Assembly: GCF_006345805.1 (NCBI RefSeq) | Contig: NC_042998.1 | Span: 39,060,001-39,124,000 of the forward strand | Reading direction: 5' to 3' | DNA length: 64,000 bases | From: Octopus sinensis | Taxonomy: Eukaryota | In this document: piece after piece, positions 1 to 12,904 of the stretch | How positions within the stretch are numbered: position 1 is the stretch's first letter | How the letters are laid out: each line of letters opens with the position of its first letter | Made by a program: the position numbers and the translations under genes | The notes under the pieces: model-generated | Seen by the model: only the letters and a program-made list of their open reading frames with translations | Told to the model about the DNA's origin: nothing | The model's database searches: none

Positions 1-260
1 GGATGGAAATGTGATTTTTGCATTTTCATATCATTCTAATTCCAAAACATGTCCACAGGTAATCAAATAGCGAGTGAATTTCGTTGTTTTTTCTCTCTGT
101 CTATGTGAACTGTTTTGAGTATATCTTGTCCGGGAGTTTCTTCTTATAGTAGAAGAAATAGCTAAGTTCTTTGGCTGCTATTTCTAAAGTTCGATACGTG
201 GTGAAGCAAATTTTTTTTGCTGAACCCTAATTGTATTGTAATTATACTCATAATTATAAG

Positions 261-307
<47 letters not shown>

Positions 308-708
308 ATACATACAGATATATTTACACACATAGACATATATATATTAGATATATATACATATATGTATATATATATATACACACACATAGACATATAG
401 ACATAGACATGTGTATATATGTGTATCCATATATACACATGTATATTCATATGTATACGTGTCTATACTTGTGTGTGTGTGTGTGTGTGTGCATATAGTA
501 ACAGAAAAGAATAAATTTCAATTATCTCCATGTGGTGAGTTGTAATGTAGGTAAGAAATTAAAGAAGGAAAATGCACACACTTTACATAGTTTTAATATA
601 TCTTGTCTTGTGTTTGTTGACCGGTTTCACTTTTGCTATTCATGACATTAAAATTTATTTAAATACGTGTTTTTTTAAACCTTTTGGTCCATGTTGTGTA
701 TGAAATTT

Positions 709-903
709 GAGTGGATGGCACGTAAAATGCACCCACTACACTCACGGAGTGGTTGGCATTAGGAAGGGCATCCAGTTGTAGAAACACTGCCAGATCAGAC
801 TGGAGCTTGGTGTAGCCTTCTGGCTTCCCAGACCCCAGTCGAACCGTCCAACCCATGCCAGCATGGAAAACGGACGTTAAATGATGGTGGTGATGATGAT
901 GAT
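709..903 (+). mobile_element. Short RTE-related 3' tail fragment
   Basis: Same core and (GAT)n-like tail as 4770-4940. Confidence 0.8.
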
Positions 904-3499
904 TCAACAAGTAGAATAATCGAAGGGGAGGTTATTGGTTAACGTTATTTTGCGCACTTCATGTATTAAAGTGAATTTTTTGCCGAATTGACATGTTCAT
1001 TCTGCAGTGTTTTAATAATATCAGTCACAGGATGCCAGTTATTGGATACCAAGGAAAATAACATTCGAAAAAAGTGGGTTACTAAGTCATTTTGAATGAG
1101 TGCAAGTTTTTTTTTTTATCATTTTGTCTCTCCCTTGTAGTAAATGTATCAGTTGGAAGTGTCAATAACAATTACTGTCAGTTTTGTAGGAAGGGGCGGG
1201 GTGATTGAGCAACATTTTAAAAAACTTATCCAAGTGTGTGGTATTCAGCAGTTTGTTTCCATTAATTAATGAAATTAAACGTTTTATTAGGAATAAATGG
1301 ATAGCAGCAAAAGACCAAATGTTGCAGGAATTCGCTTCAGAAATTGTAAATATTGTAACAGAGCCTGGTTATACATTGAAACAAATAGCCCTTGATAGTT
1401 TTAGAAATTATTTTACAAATTTTTTACAGATTTCTGAAATATTAATTATCGTTTTTCAGATACGTTGATGAATCAGCGAAATTTGAAGGGAAAACATAGA
1501 AATGTAAAATGTAATTAGAAATTTTATTCACAAAAATAAAATACTGCCATAAGTTATCAAATTCTTGTAAGTCTTAATATTTCCTCTGTTATAATTTCTT
1601 CATTTTTAATTAGTATTTTATCAACAAAATAGAAAGATTTTACAAATATATAACAAGAATAATTCGGAGGCAAATTTATCAGTTTTAAAGAAAAAAGTTT
1701 ACTAAAATACAAATATCTTAGTGTGAAAATCCATGAAGAAAATAGTTGAGGCTTTTTTTAATCTTTTTTTATTTTTGTTCTAATTAATTTTATTTTGTAA
1801 TTTTTATGCTGTAGATTATGTCCTGGATTACTGGTTGTTTATGAGCTTGTATCTTCCTGCAGTCGTTACTTTTTCATAGGTTTAGTTCTTTGATTTATAT
1901 AACCAGAGAATAGTGATGAGGCATTTCTGAGATGCTGTCTTATCTTGAGATCTATTGGTCTTAAGCTACAGAAACAGAACTTTATTCTTTTATTTTTCGT
2001 GAAAAGATTAATATTGTAATTTCCTGGTTATAATATGTGTTATTCATTATTCGTTTTTTTTTTTTTTTACAGCTGAAGTGAGAATGGTTATTAATGAATG
2101 TTTAGGAAAGGGTTTCCAATTCATTTGGAAAAAAATGAAACAATTCCTCCGAATCTTACAACGTGATCTTCATTTATTTATGACCCATGAATAAAATTAG
2201 TTGGTTTGAGCCACCAACTACTAACTTGGACAGGCCCGTGAAGGGATACGTTTGGGTGTTTGAAAAACCTATCCAAGTCGTCAGTTGTATTTTTCTTTGT
2301 AATATCAATTTCAAAGTTTGGCACAAGGCCAATAATTTCGAGACAGTAGGTAAGTCGATTACATTGACCCCAGTTAACAAATTTTATCGACCTTGAAATG
2401 ATGAAAGGCAAAATCAACCTCGGTGGAATTTGGAAGATAGACGAATTGGCACTAAGCATTTTGCTTGGCATGCTAACAATTCTGTCAGCTTGCCGCTTTA
2501 TCTCTCCTTATAACGTTGATTTTTCTCCTATCAATTGGCATAAGAGTGTTTGGAGAAAAATATCTTACAATATTTAGTTTTGATTCTGATTTCAAAGCCC
2601 TCCAATCTTGTCCTTCTTTGAAATACTGGATGAAATATAACCACCTTCCATTGATCAAATGTTAGAAATATCGATTTCTCACTTTAATATATTCAATTAA
2701 ATATAAATTTCTGCTACACTGAGATGTGGAGTTGATTGACAACAGAGAGGGCTAGGAAATGCAGCACTGACTCAAGCAGGCTTTTAACACCCAACTTATT
2801 CTAAGCTCTCCAATCCAGCAGCTTCTTGTTTCTGCCTTTCATCTCCTTAACTCCATATGACTAAATCATTTGACAGTTGGAAACAATTCGTATCACGCCA
2901 ACAAAGATTATATATCTATGGCTAAGATGCTGAACAACCTGTGTATGTAAATTTATATAAGGAATTACAAAATAGAAAAGGCATTTTTTTTTTATGGTGT
3001 GATAATTAGAAATGCATACACCGAACTAAATTCCATTTCTGTAAACCAACGCATATTTAGCATATGTTCATCACAGCAGGTCTAATCCTTTCTAATTTAT
3101 TTCTATAACTGGTTAGATCACAATTATTTTGTGTGTGTGTAATGTTTTGTTTTCATTTTAAAACAACGTATACTTATTTACAAAGTAAATCGAAAGTTCA
3201 GGTGATTTGGCCTGCAAGCTAGTTAAAAGTGTTTGTTTAACCCTCACCAATACTTACTCAACCGCTTCCTGTTTCATCACAATTACTGGCCCTTTACATC
3301 TCAGAAACAAGTTGTTCTGAATTAAAGGTTGTAAGATCAGTTTGGCAAAATTAGTGAGATTTATTCACTTAAATAATTTTTCTGTTTTCCACATTTCTTT
3401 TAAAGAAACTCAAGTTGGTCGATAGTCACTCATATTTCATCCAAATCTGAAAATATATAATCATTATTTGAGATACGGAAAGTACAGAAAGCAGTTTTG

Positions 3500-3960
3500 A
3501 AAATGACAAATCACCTGCTTTGGATGGTTTGTCCAATGAATTTCATGATTATTTGCTAGACTTGTTGTTCAGTGATCTCTTGTCAAACATCGATCACAAC
3601 TGGCAGCAAAAGAGGGTTTCCAATTCTGTGAGCTGGGTAACATTGGTGAAAAAGAATATCAACAATAGGGTTATTACAGAAAATTTCCAGCTCGTAACCT
3701 TCCTAAAAACAGAGTTTAAAGTTTTTGCTATGATGTTAGCAAAGAGGTTGGTGGTTGTCATAAGTGGATTGGTCAGAGACATTCCAACATGTATGATGCC
3801 CACTAGTCTTTGACAACATCTGCTTCATGTGAGGCAGATTGGAAGAGAAAAGTTAGTCGGGGGCTCATGCCTTTAGTATTCAAAGTGATTCGGGATTTGT
3901 GGGCTTCCTTGATTGGGCCCTGATTGGAGTTTCTCCTTTATCAAAATGAGATGAAGACAT
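3500..3960 (+). mobile_element. Decayed L1/Tx1-like RT fragment
   Basis: DKSPALDGL, VTLVKK, ENFQLVTFLKTEFKVFAMMLAKRL resemble RT domains 0-2 of Tx1 elements. Confidence 0.6.
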
Positions 3961-3984
3961 CATTGATGTTTTCACTGGCAATCC

Positions 3985-4940
3985 ATCAGTGCCGTAGTCA
4001 GTGTGGTGGGCACATGACAAACACCATCCGATCCGATCGTGGCCGTCCGCCAGCCTCATCTAGCACCTGTGTCGGTGGCACATAAAAACACCATCCGAAG
4101 ACCCGGCAAGACTAGTCAGGCCATAACCCATGGCCCCTACCTGGGTCGTAGTCAGTCCACCTGTGCATACCTTCCTTCTTGTGACACTTGTGAAGACCTG
4201 TTGAGGCAAGTGAAAATCAAAATCAAATCAAAACAAATCAAAATAGATGAACATCAATGGAATTTGTATCTTTGTGGTACCAGTGCCGGTGGCACGTGGC
4301 ATATAAGAAAACCATCCGAACGTGGCCGTAGCCAGTACCGCATCGACTGGCCTCCGTGCTGTGGGCACGTAACAAGCACCTGGGGCACGTAACAAGCACC
4401 ATCCGATCGTGGCCGTTTGCCAGCCTCATCTGGCACCTGTGTCGGTGGCACATAAAAACACCATCCGAGCGTGGCCGTCTGCCAGCCTCGTCTGGCACCT
4501 GTGTCGGTGGCACATAAAAACACCATCCGAGCGTGGCCGTCTGCCAGCCTCGTCTGGCACCTGTGTCGGTGGCACATAAAAACACCATCCGAGCGTGGCC
4601 GTCTGCCAGCCTCGTCTGGCACCTGTGTCGGTGGCACATAAAAACACCATCCGAGCGTGGCCGTCTGCCAGCCTCGTCTGGCACCTGTGTCGGTGGCACA
4701 TAAAAACACCATCCGAGCGTGGCCGTCTGCCAGCCTCGTCTGGCACCTGTGTCGGTGGCACATAAAATCACCCACTACACTCTCGGAGTGGTTGGCGTTA
4801 GGAAGGGCATCCAGCTGTAGAAACACTGCCAGATCTGACTGGACTGGTGCAGCTTTCGGGCTCCCCAGACCCCAGTTGAACCGTCCAACCCATGCTAGCA
4901 TGGAAAGCGGACGTTAAATGATGATGATGATGATGATGAT
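3985..4940 (+). mobile_element. 3' UTR-only copy of the same RTE family with six 62-bp tandem units and (GAT)n tail
   Basis: Near-identical by eye to 38530-39150; units start at 4399, 4461, 4523, 4585, 4647 and 4709. Confidence 0.9.
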
Positions 4941-5087
4941 TGTATACTTGGGTATATTTTTTTATCTAATTTCACTGTTTTTTTCCCTTTCTACCCTCTT
5001 CTTTGATGTAAGTTTCAAATTTTGTGCCCATAATAGAAAGGATTAGTCGTAGCAGAGTGTTTCCTTTTTAATAGTTCCTTTTTAATA

Positions 5088-5636
5088 GGCGTAGGAGTGG
5101 CTGTGTAGTAAGTAGCTTGTTTACGAACCACATGGTTCCGGGTTCAGTCCCACTGCGTGGCACCTTGGGCAAGTGTCTTCTACTATAGCCTCGGGCCGAC
5201 CAAAGCCTTGTGAGTGGATTTGGTAGACGGAAACTGAATGAAGCCCGTCATATATATATATATCATCATCATCATCGTTTAGCGTCCGTTTTCCATGCTA
5301 GCATGGGTTGGACGGTTCTACTGGGGTCTGTGAAGCCAGAAGGCTTCATCAGGCCCAGTCAAATCTGGCAGTGTTTCTACGGCTGGATGCCCTTCATATA
5401 TATATATATATATATATGTATGTTTGTGTTTGTCCCCCCTCCTCCAACATCGCTTGACAACCGATGCTTGTGTGTTTACGTCACTGTAACTTAGCGGTTC
5501 AGCAAAAGCGACCAATAGAATAAGTCCTAGGCTTAGAAAGAATAAGTCCTGGGGTCGATTTGCTCGACTAAAGGCGGTGCTCCAGCATGGCCACAGTCAA
5601 ATGACTGAAACAAGTAAAATAAAATAAAATAAAATA
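5088..5636 (+). mobile_element. tRNA-derived SINE family B with a nested inverted RTE tail at about 5263-5395
   Basis: GGCTGTGTAGTAAG A-box-like, GGTTCAGTCCC B-box-like, (TAAAA)n tail; nested piece flanked by (TA)n. Confidence 0.85.
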
Positions 5637-8479
5637 GTTCCATTATAGATTATATTATGTAAATATTTCTCAAATTTTGGGTGACTTTTTCTGATTAATT
5701 TGCAATGTAAGATGAGCGGTAAGTTTAACTTTATTTTTCTAACTTACAAAGTGAAAAAATAGACATTCTGAACACAAACAAGAGCTCGTGTGCCCCAATT
5801 GGGCAAAATAAACTTGATTTTGCACAATAAATACTCAAAAACAAAACAACAAAGTGAAAATATTGAAGAGAACACTAACAATCTTGCACAAAATAGTGAT
5901 AAGAGAAGTACTAGCAAAACTTCTGCAAATAACAATTTGTTGCATGGCAACAGTTCATATATGCAAGCGTTTTGCCTGCTGTATAAAGGAAGCAGTGCGT
6001 GTGTGTGTGCACTAGTACTTTTGCATTTGCTTTTAATAGCAGTGGTATTTTGAAACATGAACAAGCTGATCAAGAAGACATCTGACAAAATTTTGTGTGT
6101 AAAACAGATGCATCCCTACTGGACATTTTGTTGTTTTGTAGAAAAATAAAAATAATGAAAGTCACTTATGTATTACTGAGAATGGAGAGGTTTTCTTTGC
6201 GCTCAAGAAGGAGAAATCAGAGCAAGTCTAGGCTAATGTGTGGAGTGATATCTTACCCGTAGATTGAAGTAGAGCCACAGAAATTTGTGACTGAGAACGG
6301 CATGAGTTGGCTAAACCATACATTAATAAATTGGTGTCAGCCAACTGAAGTGGACTGAATAAGAGGATTACAGTCAAAGATATTGGCATTGTTGTTGAGT
6401 CTTGTTTTACCTTTATGAACATAGAGTAGAGAGGATTGCAGTGTTCTTTTGGTCTGTTGCATCTCAGTGGGAATGTGTGTCTTAAAGATACTGAAAATCA
6501 GAGACCACTAACTTTTCAAGAATGCACACAGAAGGGTGATGAGATTAGTAATGTCTATAATGCCAAGATGCCTAGTTTCTATACAGTTGGTAGCAAAAAC
6601 CATTGAAGGGCCTTGTGCTCTCAAATCATTTTTGCTATCCTATGTGTAAGACAAACCCACAGGGACAAACAAAAACAGCAGCAGAATCACTTGGGCAAGT
6701 TCCAAAAATTGCTGCTATTTTCAAACCACTCTCAGTCGACAATTCAATATCACCAAAGTCTGACAAACCAGTCTCGATACTAGTGGCTGAGAGTGGGGGG
6801 GGGTGAGAGTCCTTTCTCCTGCTTATTTTCCATTATGACAGTTAGGGGAGGCAGAGAAGGGGATCGATCCACAGAGAAACTTTCATTATTCAACGTCAAT
6901 AAAACAATTCTCAGTAACACCCTGGAATCCACTGAAACCACAGAAGACATTCCAATGTGTGATGTTGCACTTTGTCCAAAGGAATCACATCTCAAAAAAC
7001 ATTAAACATATTCACACCACTCACCCAAACAGTGCTTGATCATGGAAATGCTTCTGGATTAATTCAATAAACCTAGAATAGAAATAATTTCAAGACTTGT
7101 TAACAAACGAATAGCGAAATAACAAAAAAAGTAAATCATTTATTCAATTAAACTTTCTTTAATCATTACTTTAAAAAAAAAATAGAAATATTTATCAGTT
7201 TCATGGCCACAAACTGAATCCCAGTTTAACATCAGTTTCTTTATTTTATGTAATCCTCGTCAATACTCTGAGTTTAGCTCTAAGCAGGCCTTGCTATATT
7301 GAAGATTGATGGTCACTAAGTTGTTGTAACATTGTTTCAGTAGTTAACAGAATTAAATTCAGCTTCTCCTGTAGATAAAGTCTGGCAGAGACAAATTACG
7401 CCTGACAGATTGTGCTCTGCATACCATGTAAGACCAATGACTTCAGTGGTGACACTATTGTCAGGTGAGGCATAGTAAAACAAATCACTTAAATGTTTTG
7501 AAGAGAAATTGCAGTTCATAATTTTTATTGAATTCTTGCACAAAATGACAATATATCATTTTATGCAACAAAATCAACAACCGTGTGTGTGTGTGTATTA
7601 TTCTAATCTCTAACTCAGGCCCGATCTTCAAAGTGCTGCCACACGGCTTAATAAAAGATATGTTTGGAATGGATGAATCTGACAAAAGATGCCACACTGA
7701 GAGTGGAAGACAGTCACGGCACTATAATGCAGGATTATGACAGAATTTGTTTGCTTCATTCGCGTAACGCTACATGGGAAGCTGGTAAAATCCTCTTATT
7801 TCTTCATAGATATTTTGGTACATTGAAACAGGCCCAGAAGCAAATATCGACAGTTTGATAGCCCATCAGCAGCCCCTAAGGAATATACTGAGTGTTTCAT
7901 GTAAATGCAGATTGTCTCATAGGAAGGAATCTATGTTCTGGGGATAGCTCTGAGGATTAGACAGTACACTTATATAACTGACAATTTTAATGTTTTAATT
8001 AATGATACAACTTTTAGCACATATGGACTTCTCTATAACAAATTCACTTTATCAAAAAGCTTAAAGAAGATCTTTGACATAAGTGATGTAATTTCAATCA
8101 ACCCCAACATCAGTTTATAAACCATAATTCATTATGATATAATGTTAACATTCCCATCAAAGAGAATTGTGAAGTATAGGTCAGTCACTCTGATGAAATT
8201 ATAATGAAAAGTGTTTAGCAGAAATATTGAAAGTCAGCATTAGAAATTAATTATGAACTAATAAAATATAGAAACTCTGTCACATCTTTGGTGAATGTTA
8301 TATCCTATAAAATTCTTTTTACAGACAAAAGAACACGTTTCTTTCTGGACACTCATCAATACTTTGAACACAGGAATTTCCTAATAGTTTCATTATAGGA
8401 ATTTTCTTTTAAATGTTAAGGATGGTTTTAATTGTTGATATAAAAAAACTCTTAAATAATTGCTTTCATTTATACTCAC

Positions 8480-8511
8480 TGGTTTTTTCTGTGTCCATGA
8501 AGTGCTTATGG
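8480..8511 (-). CDS. Probable first cytoplasmic micro-exon (32 nt), phase 2 to 1: (D)HKHFMDTEKT
   Basis: Strong tttttttctctttctgcag acceptor and CCA/gtgagt donor; open in the phase left by the TM exon. Confidence 0.65.
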
Positions 8512-10363
8512 CTGCAGAAAGAGAAAAAAATACGAATTGAAAACATAAATTTCATTCTTCCATTCGTATGTAATGAGAATTTGTGAAAACATTTGTAGGT
8601 ATGTCGCTTCATCACAACCAAGCAGGCCACATAAGACAGGACCATCATATGCAAACAATGGCTATCTTCCCTTCCATGTCATACGGTATATATGATGTAT
8701 CTATATTGTATACATCTATGTATATTATATACATATGTATATATGTTGATTCGCTAGCCTCTGCACGCATATTTTTTTCTCTCCTTCTTTCTGTGTTTTT
8801 TCTCTGTGTATCTTTCTGTTGAAGAGCGTAGGCTCGAAATGTTAAAGACTTGTTTTATTTATATTTCCTGAGCGCCATACTAATACAATTGTTTGTTTGT
8901 ATTCCACCTGCTTTCGTCTTTTGTTTATTTCCTTAAACCTGCCTTCGTCTTTTGTCTATTTTCATAAAGCTTCCCATTATATATATATATATATTGTATA
9001 TATTATAAATTCTGTCTATATATTCTATAAATTATATACATTATGTCTCTATATTATATTATTATATTATGCCGCAAAGGCATTTATTTCAAAATACACC
9101 AGCTAAGATAAGTTAAACTGTCTAAAGTCGTAAGACACCCACTGTTTTTGTCCTGTTATTACTATTCTTGTTTTTTGTATTTATATTCGTGTGGCATCGT
9201 CCGTTTTTCTGTCCTTGTTTCCTATACATTCGATCCTTTTTCCAAGAAATCTAATGCTCGCAGCTTAGATTTTCCTTGGGGTTAGCCGGATCGGAGCGAT
9301 ATCAGGATTAATCAGCCGAAATTGCTAGGATGATCCGGTTCCTGACTGAAGATTAGAGGCTTCGAATGACCCGTCCGTTTTTTGTGTCGTCTCTTTGTGT
9401 GTTTTGCGTTCTTGTCCCATTTTGTATTTTTATATATAATTTTTATACATATATATACATATATTACATATAACTATTCTAACTATATATTATAAGTAAT
9501 ACATTTTTTTCTCTCTAGTTTCAGCTCAGAGCTGCGGCCATGCTGATGCACCACCGTTTTGCTACACTGTGATTACTGAGAGCCTCCTCTAATATGTAGC
9601 TACTCTCATTTGCACCTCTTGCCGTAAGGTAGGTTCATCTGGGACTCTTGACAAGAAGAGGTCCAGCTTTGATTTAAAAACCCCTACATCTACTTTGTGC
9701 AAGTTCCTGAGACTCTTTGAGAGAATATTAAAAAGCTGTGAGCCCTTGAAACCCAGGAGTTTGCAGCAACTGGTCCTGAAGCATGATGGCATTGCTGGGA
9801 CCTATGGCACTATGCAGTGTCATCCCCGTTCTGGCATTGGTGTAGCTTTCAATGCCAAAATTTGGCACAATTCCGTCCAGATATATATTACTGCATACCT
9901 CTCCCGTCTTCTCTCCAGGGAGTAGAGTCTTAGCTGTTTCAACCTCTCCCAGTAGCTGAGCTTTTGCAAAGAGACGATCTTCTTTGTGAATCTTCTCTGG
10001 ATTGCTTCAAGATTCAGGGTTAATTTCACATTGGTGGGTGACCATAGCTGTGAGCAGAAATCGAGGTGGCCAAGGAAGAATGTCTGCCAGAGGACCATCA
10101 TGGTTTCCTTATCTCTGGTTCTGAATGTTCTTAGGATCCATCCAGCCAGTCATCTGCACTTTGTTGCCATCCTGGTAATGTGCACTTGGAAAGAGGTATC
10201 ATCACTCATGTCGATACCCAGGTCCCTCACTGACTTAGGCTCTGGGATTGAAATTCCCTGTGGACCGGTGTACCCTGTAAGTTTAATATTCAGTTTTGGA
10301 TGCTGGTAGCACAGGGCTTGGAATGTTTCAGCATTAAACTGCATATTATTATCCACATATATC

Positions 10364-10400
<37 letters not shown>

Positions 10401-12871
10401 ATATATTATATATGTATATATATATATTATATATGTATATATATGTATGTGTGTATGTATGTATGTATATATATTATATATGTATATATATGTATGTGTG
10501 TATATTATATATGTATGTATGTATATTATATATGTATGTATGTATATTATATATGTATGTATGTATATTATATATGTATGTATGTATATTGTATATTATA
10601 TATGTATATATATATATGTATGTATATTGTATATTTAAAAAGAAAAGAAGCAAAAGAAAAAACTTGAAAAATCTAAAATCATTTTTTAAAAAATGTTTTT
10701 GTTTTGTTAGAGTTGATCTACGATGAAAAACATTCCAACCATGACCAGCCCATCTATCACTCAGTCATAATGTATTTCTTAATACATTAATGTGTTATTT
10801 TTCAGTAACTTTTTCTTTATGATACATTGGACAACGAAATATATAATTACTGGTACTGCAACATTTCTCATTTAAAGTTTAGACAAAACATTTTAAAGTG
10901 AAACGTTATCCAAATAATCTGTTGTACATCCCTTTTAGATCCATGTCTCTGAGGTGTTCTTAGCTTTTTCTGAAGACCAGTTACAGGTGATGCAAGCAAG
11001 CCTTGGCTGCTATTCACAGCTGATTGAGCATCTTTATAATGAATGCAGCTATATAGTGAAGGATGGAATTATATTGAAATATCACCTTTTTGAACCCTTT
11101 CGCTACCAACCCGGCTGAAACTGCTTCTGGCTCTGAGTACAAATGTCTTGTTTTCACAAGTTTAGAATTAAAATCTTCCACCAAACCTTAGTCACAATTT
11201 ATGTAGCTGAATGATAACTAAGTTATTTTACTAAATTCTTTGTTATATTTAAAGTAATTGAAAGAAACCTGACAGAGCATCTCAAAACAAATACAGTAAC
11301 GAAAGGGTTAAAAAACAAGACAGTGGCCCAGTGGATAAGGGGGGGGGTTACAAACAAGACAGTGGGGGTAGATGGAGGTTTCAATCCCAGGTAGGGATTG
11401 TGATGTGGTATCTCATTTAGTTTTATTTTTTTCTGTAAATGGTGAAGGGAGAAAAAAAATATTTTTGCAAAGAGCCTCAGGCTAAGATTGAACCTTTGTT
11501 AAAGAGGTCTGTGTATTGCTGTGTCCATGTCTTTACCCACAAGACCATTGAGACAACAGCAATAACTAGTGTGAAAATGATATATTTAAACCTATCAGAC
11601 TAATGTAATAAATAACCAATCATTAGAATAGATTTAAATATCTCTTATTTTGTGGGTGTTTGGTTACAGACAAGACAGTGAGGTAGATGGAGGTTTCAGT
11701 CTCAGGTAGGGATTGTGATATGATCTCATTTAGTTTTATTTTTCTCTAGAGATGTGTTAAAAGGGCAAAGGAAAAAAAAAAAAACACTCAATCAGTAGAG
11801 GCCATGGGCATCTTTCTCACAGGCCCATTGAGACAATAGCAATAGCTAGTTTGAAAATGATATATTTAAATCTTATATAGCATTTGAAGTGGTGGTGGTG
11901 TTCATAGTTTTCTGTGACTTTAGTAATATTTGAGGGGAGAAGTGAAATGCTACCTGATCCAGGAATTGATCTCACAGCCTTAATGATTATAAGCTGAACA
12001 TCCTAACCGCAAGGCCGTGCACCTTCATGGCAAAGTCAGTAGAGTGATGGGTTGATTTCCATTTATGTCCTGTCAAGTCCAGCTTAGCCTTTCATTCTTC
12101 TGGGGTCAATAAAATAAAGTATGGGCAGTGACTGCTGAGGACATGCATAAGCTCGCAAGGAATGAATCCAGTATGATCCCATGGATGTGTGATGTCAGAG
12201 TGCATACTCGACAGAGTTTAAGTACCTTGAGAGAAAAGTTGGACCTAAGAAGCATCAGATGTAGTGTGCAAGAGAGATGACTATTCTTATTCTAGCAGCT
12301 ACACTTTCAGAGCACCCACCCCTGCTACTGACTTGGTCACCTAGGTAACGGAAGCTATCAACTACATCTAGTTTTTCTCCTTGAAATGTGGCAGAAGTTG
12401 TTCTCTACATATTTTCAGTGTTTATAGCACCTGAGCATTTGCCACATACAAAAACTATCTTCCCAGTTAGCCTTCCTTTGATATTGCTGCATCTCTTATG
12501 TGTCCATAGCTTACACTGGGTACATCTTATAGAGTTTCTACCTACACCTTTTTCTACAGATCGAGGAGGGTCATCTACCTAAGGGATTTGTGGTTTGCCT
12601 GCCTTCCTACTTATTAGGGCTTTGGTTTTAGCTAGGTTGACTCTAAGGCCCTTCGATTCTAATCCTTGTTTCCACACCTGAAACTTCTCCTCTAGTTCTG
12701 ATTGTGACTCAGCAATTAGAGCAAGGTCATCAGCATAGAGGAACTCCCAGGGACCTCCTGTCTAGAATTCCTCCGTTATTGCCTGGAGGATTATGATAAA
12801 TAGGAGGGGGCTGAGGACTGAACCTTGGTGAACCCCTACACCTACCCGGAATTCTTCACTGTACTCGTTAC

Positions 12872-12904
<33 letters not shown>

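Noticed and set aside
4399-4766. CRISPR-like array
   Set aside because: Units are contiguous and identical with no unique spacers, there are no cas genes, and the array is part of a LINE 3' UTR in eukaryotic DNA
4039-4917. Overlapping 86-215 aa ORFs as genes (also 38657-39124, 62486-62832, 15564-16007)
   Set aside because: GC-rich tandem units of the RTE 3' UTR lack stops; not coding
5640-8400. Decayed DNA transposon (hAT-like) in the 3' region
   Set aside because: Only vague peptide hints; no TIRs, TSD or catalytic motif that I could verify
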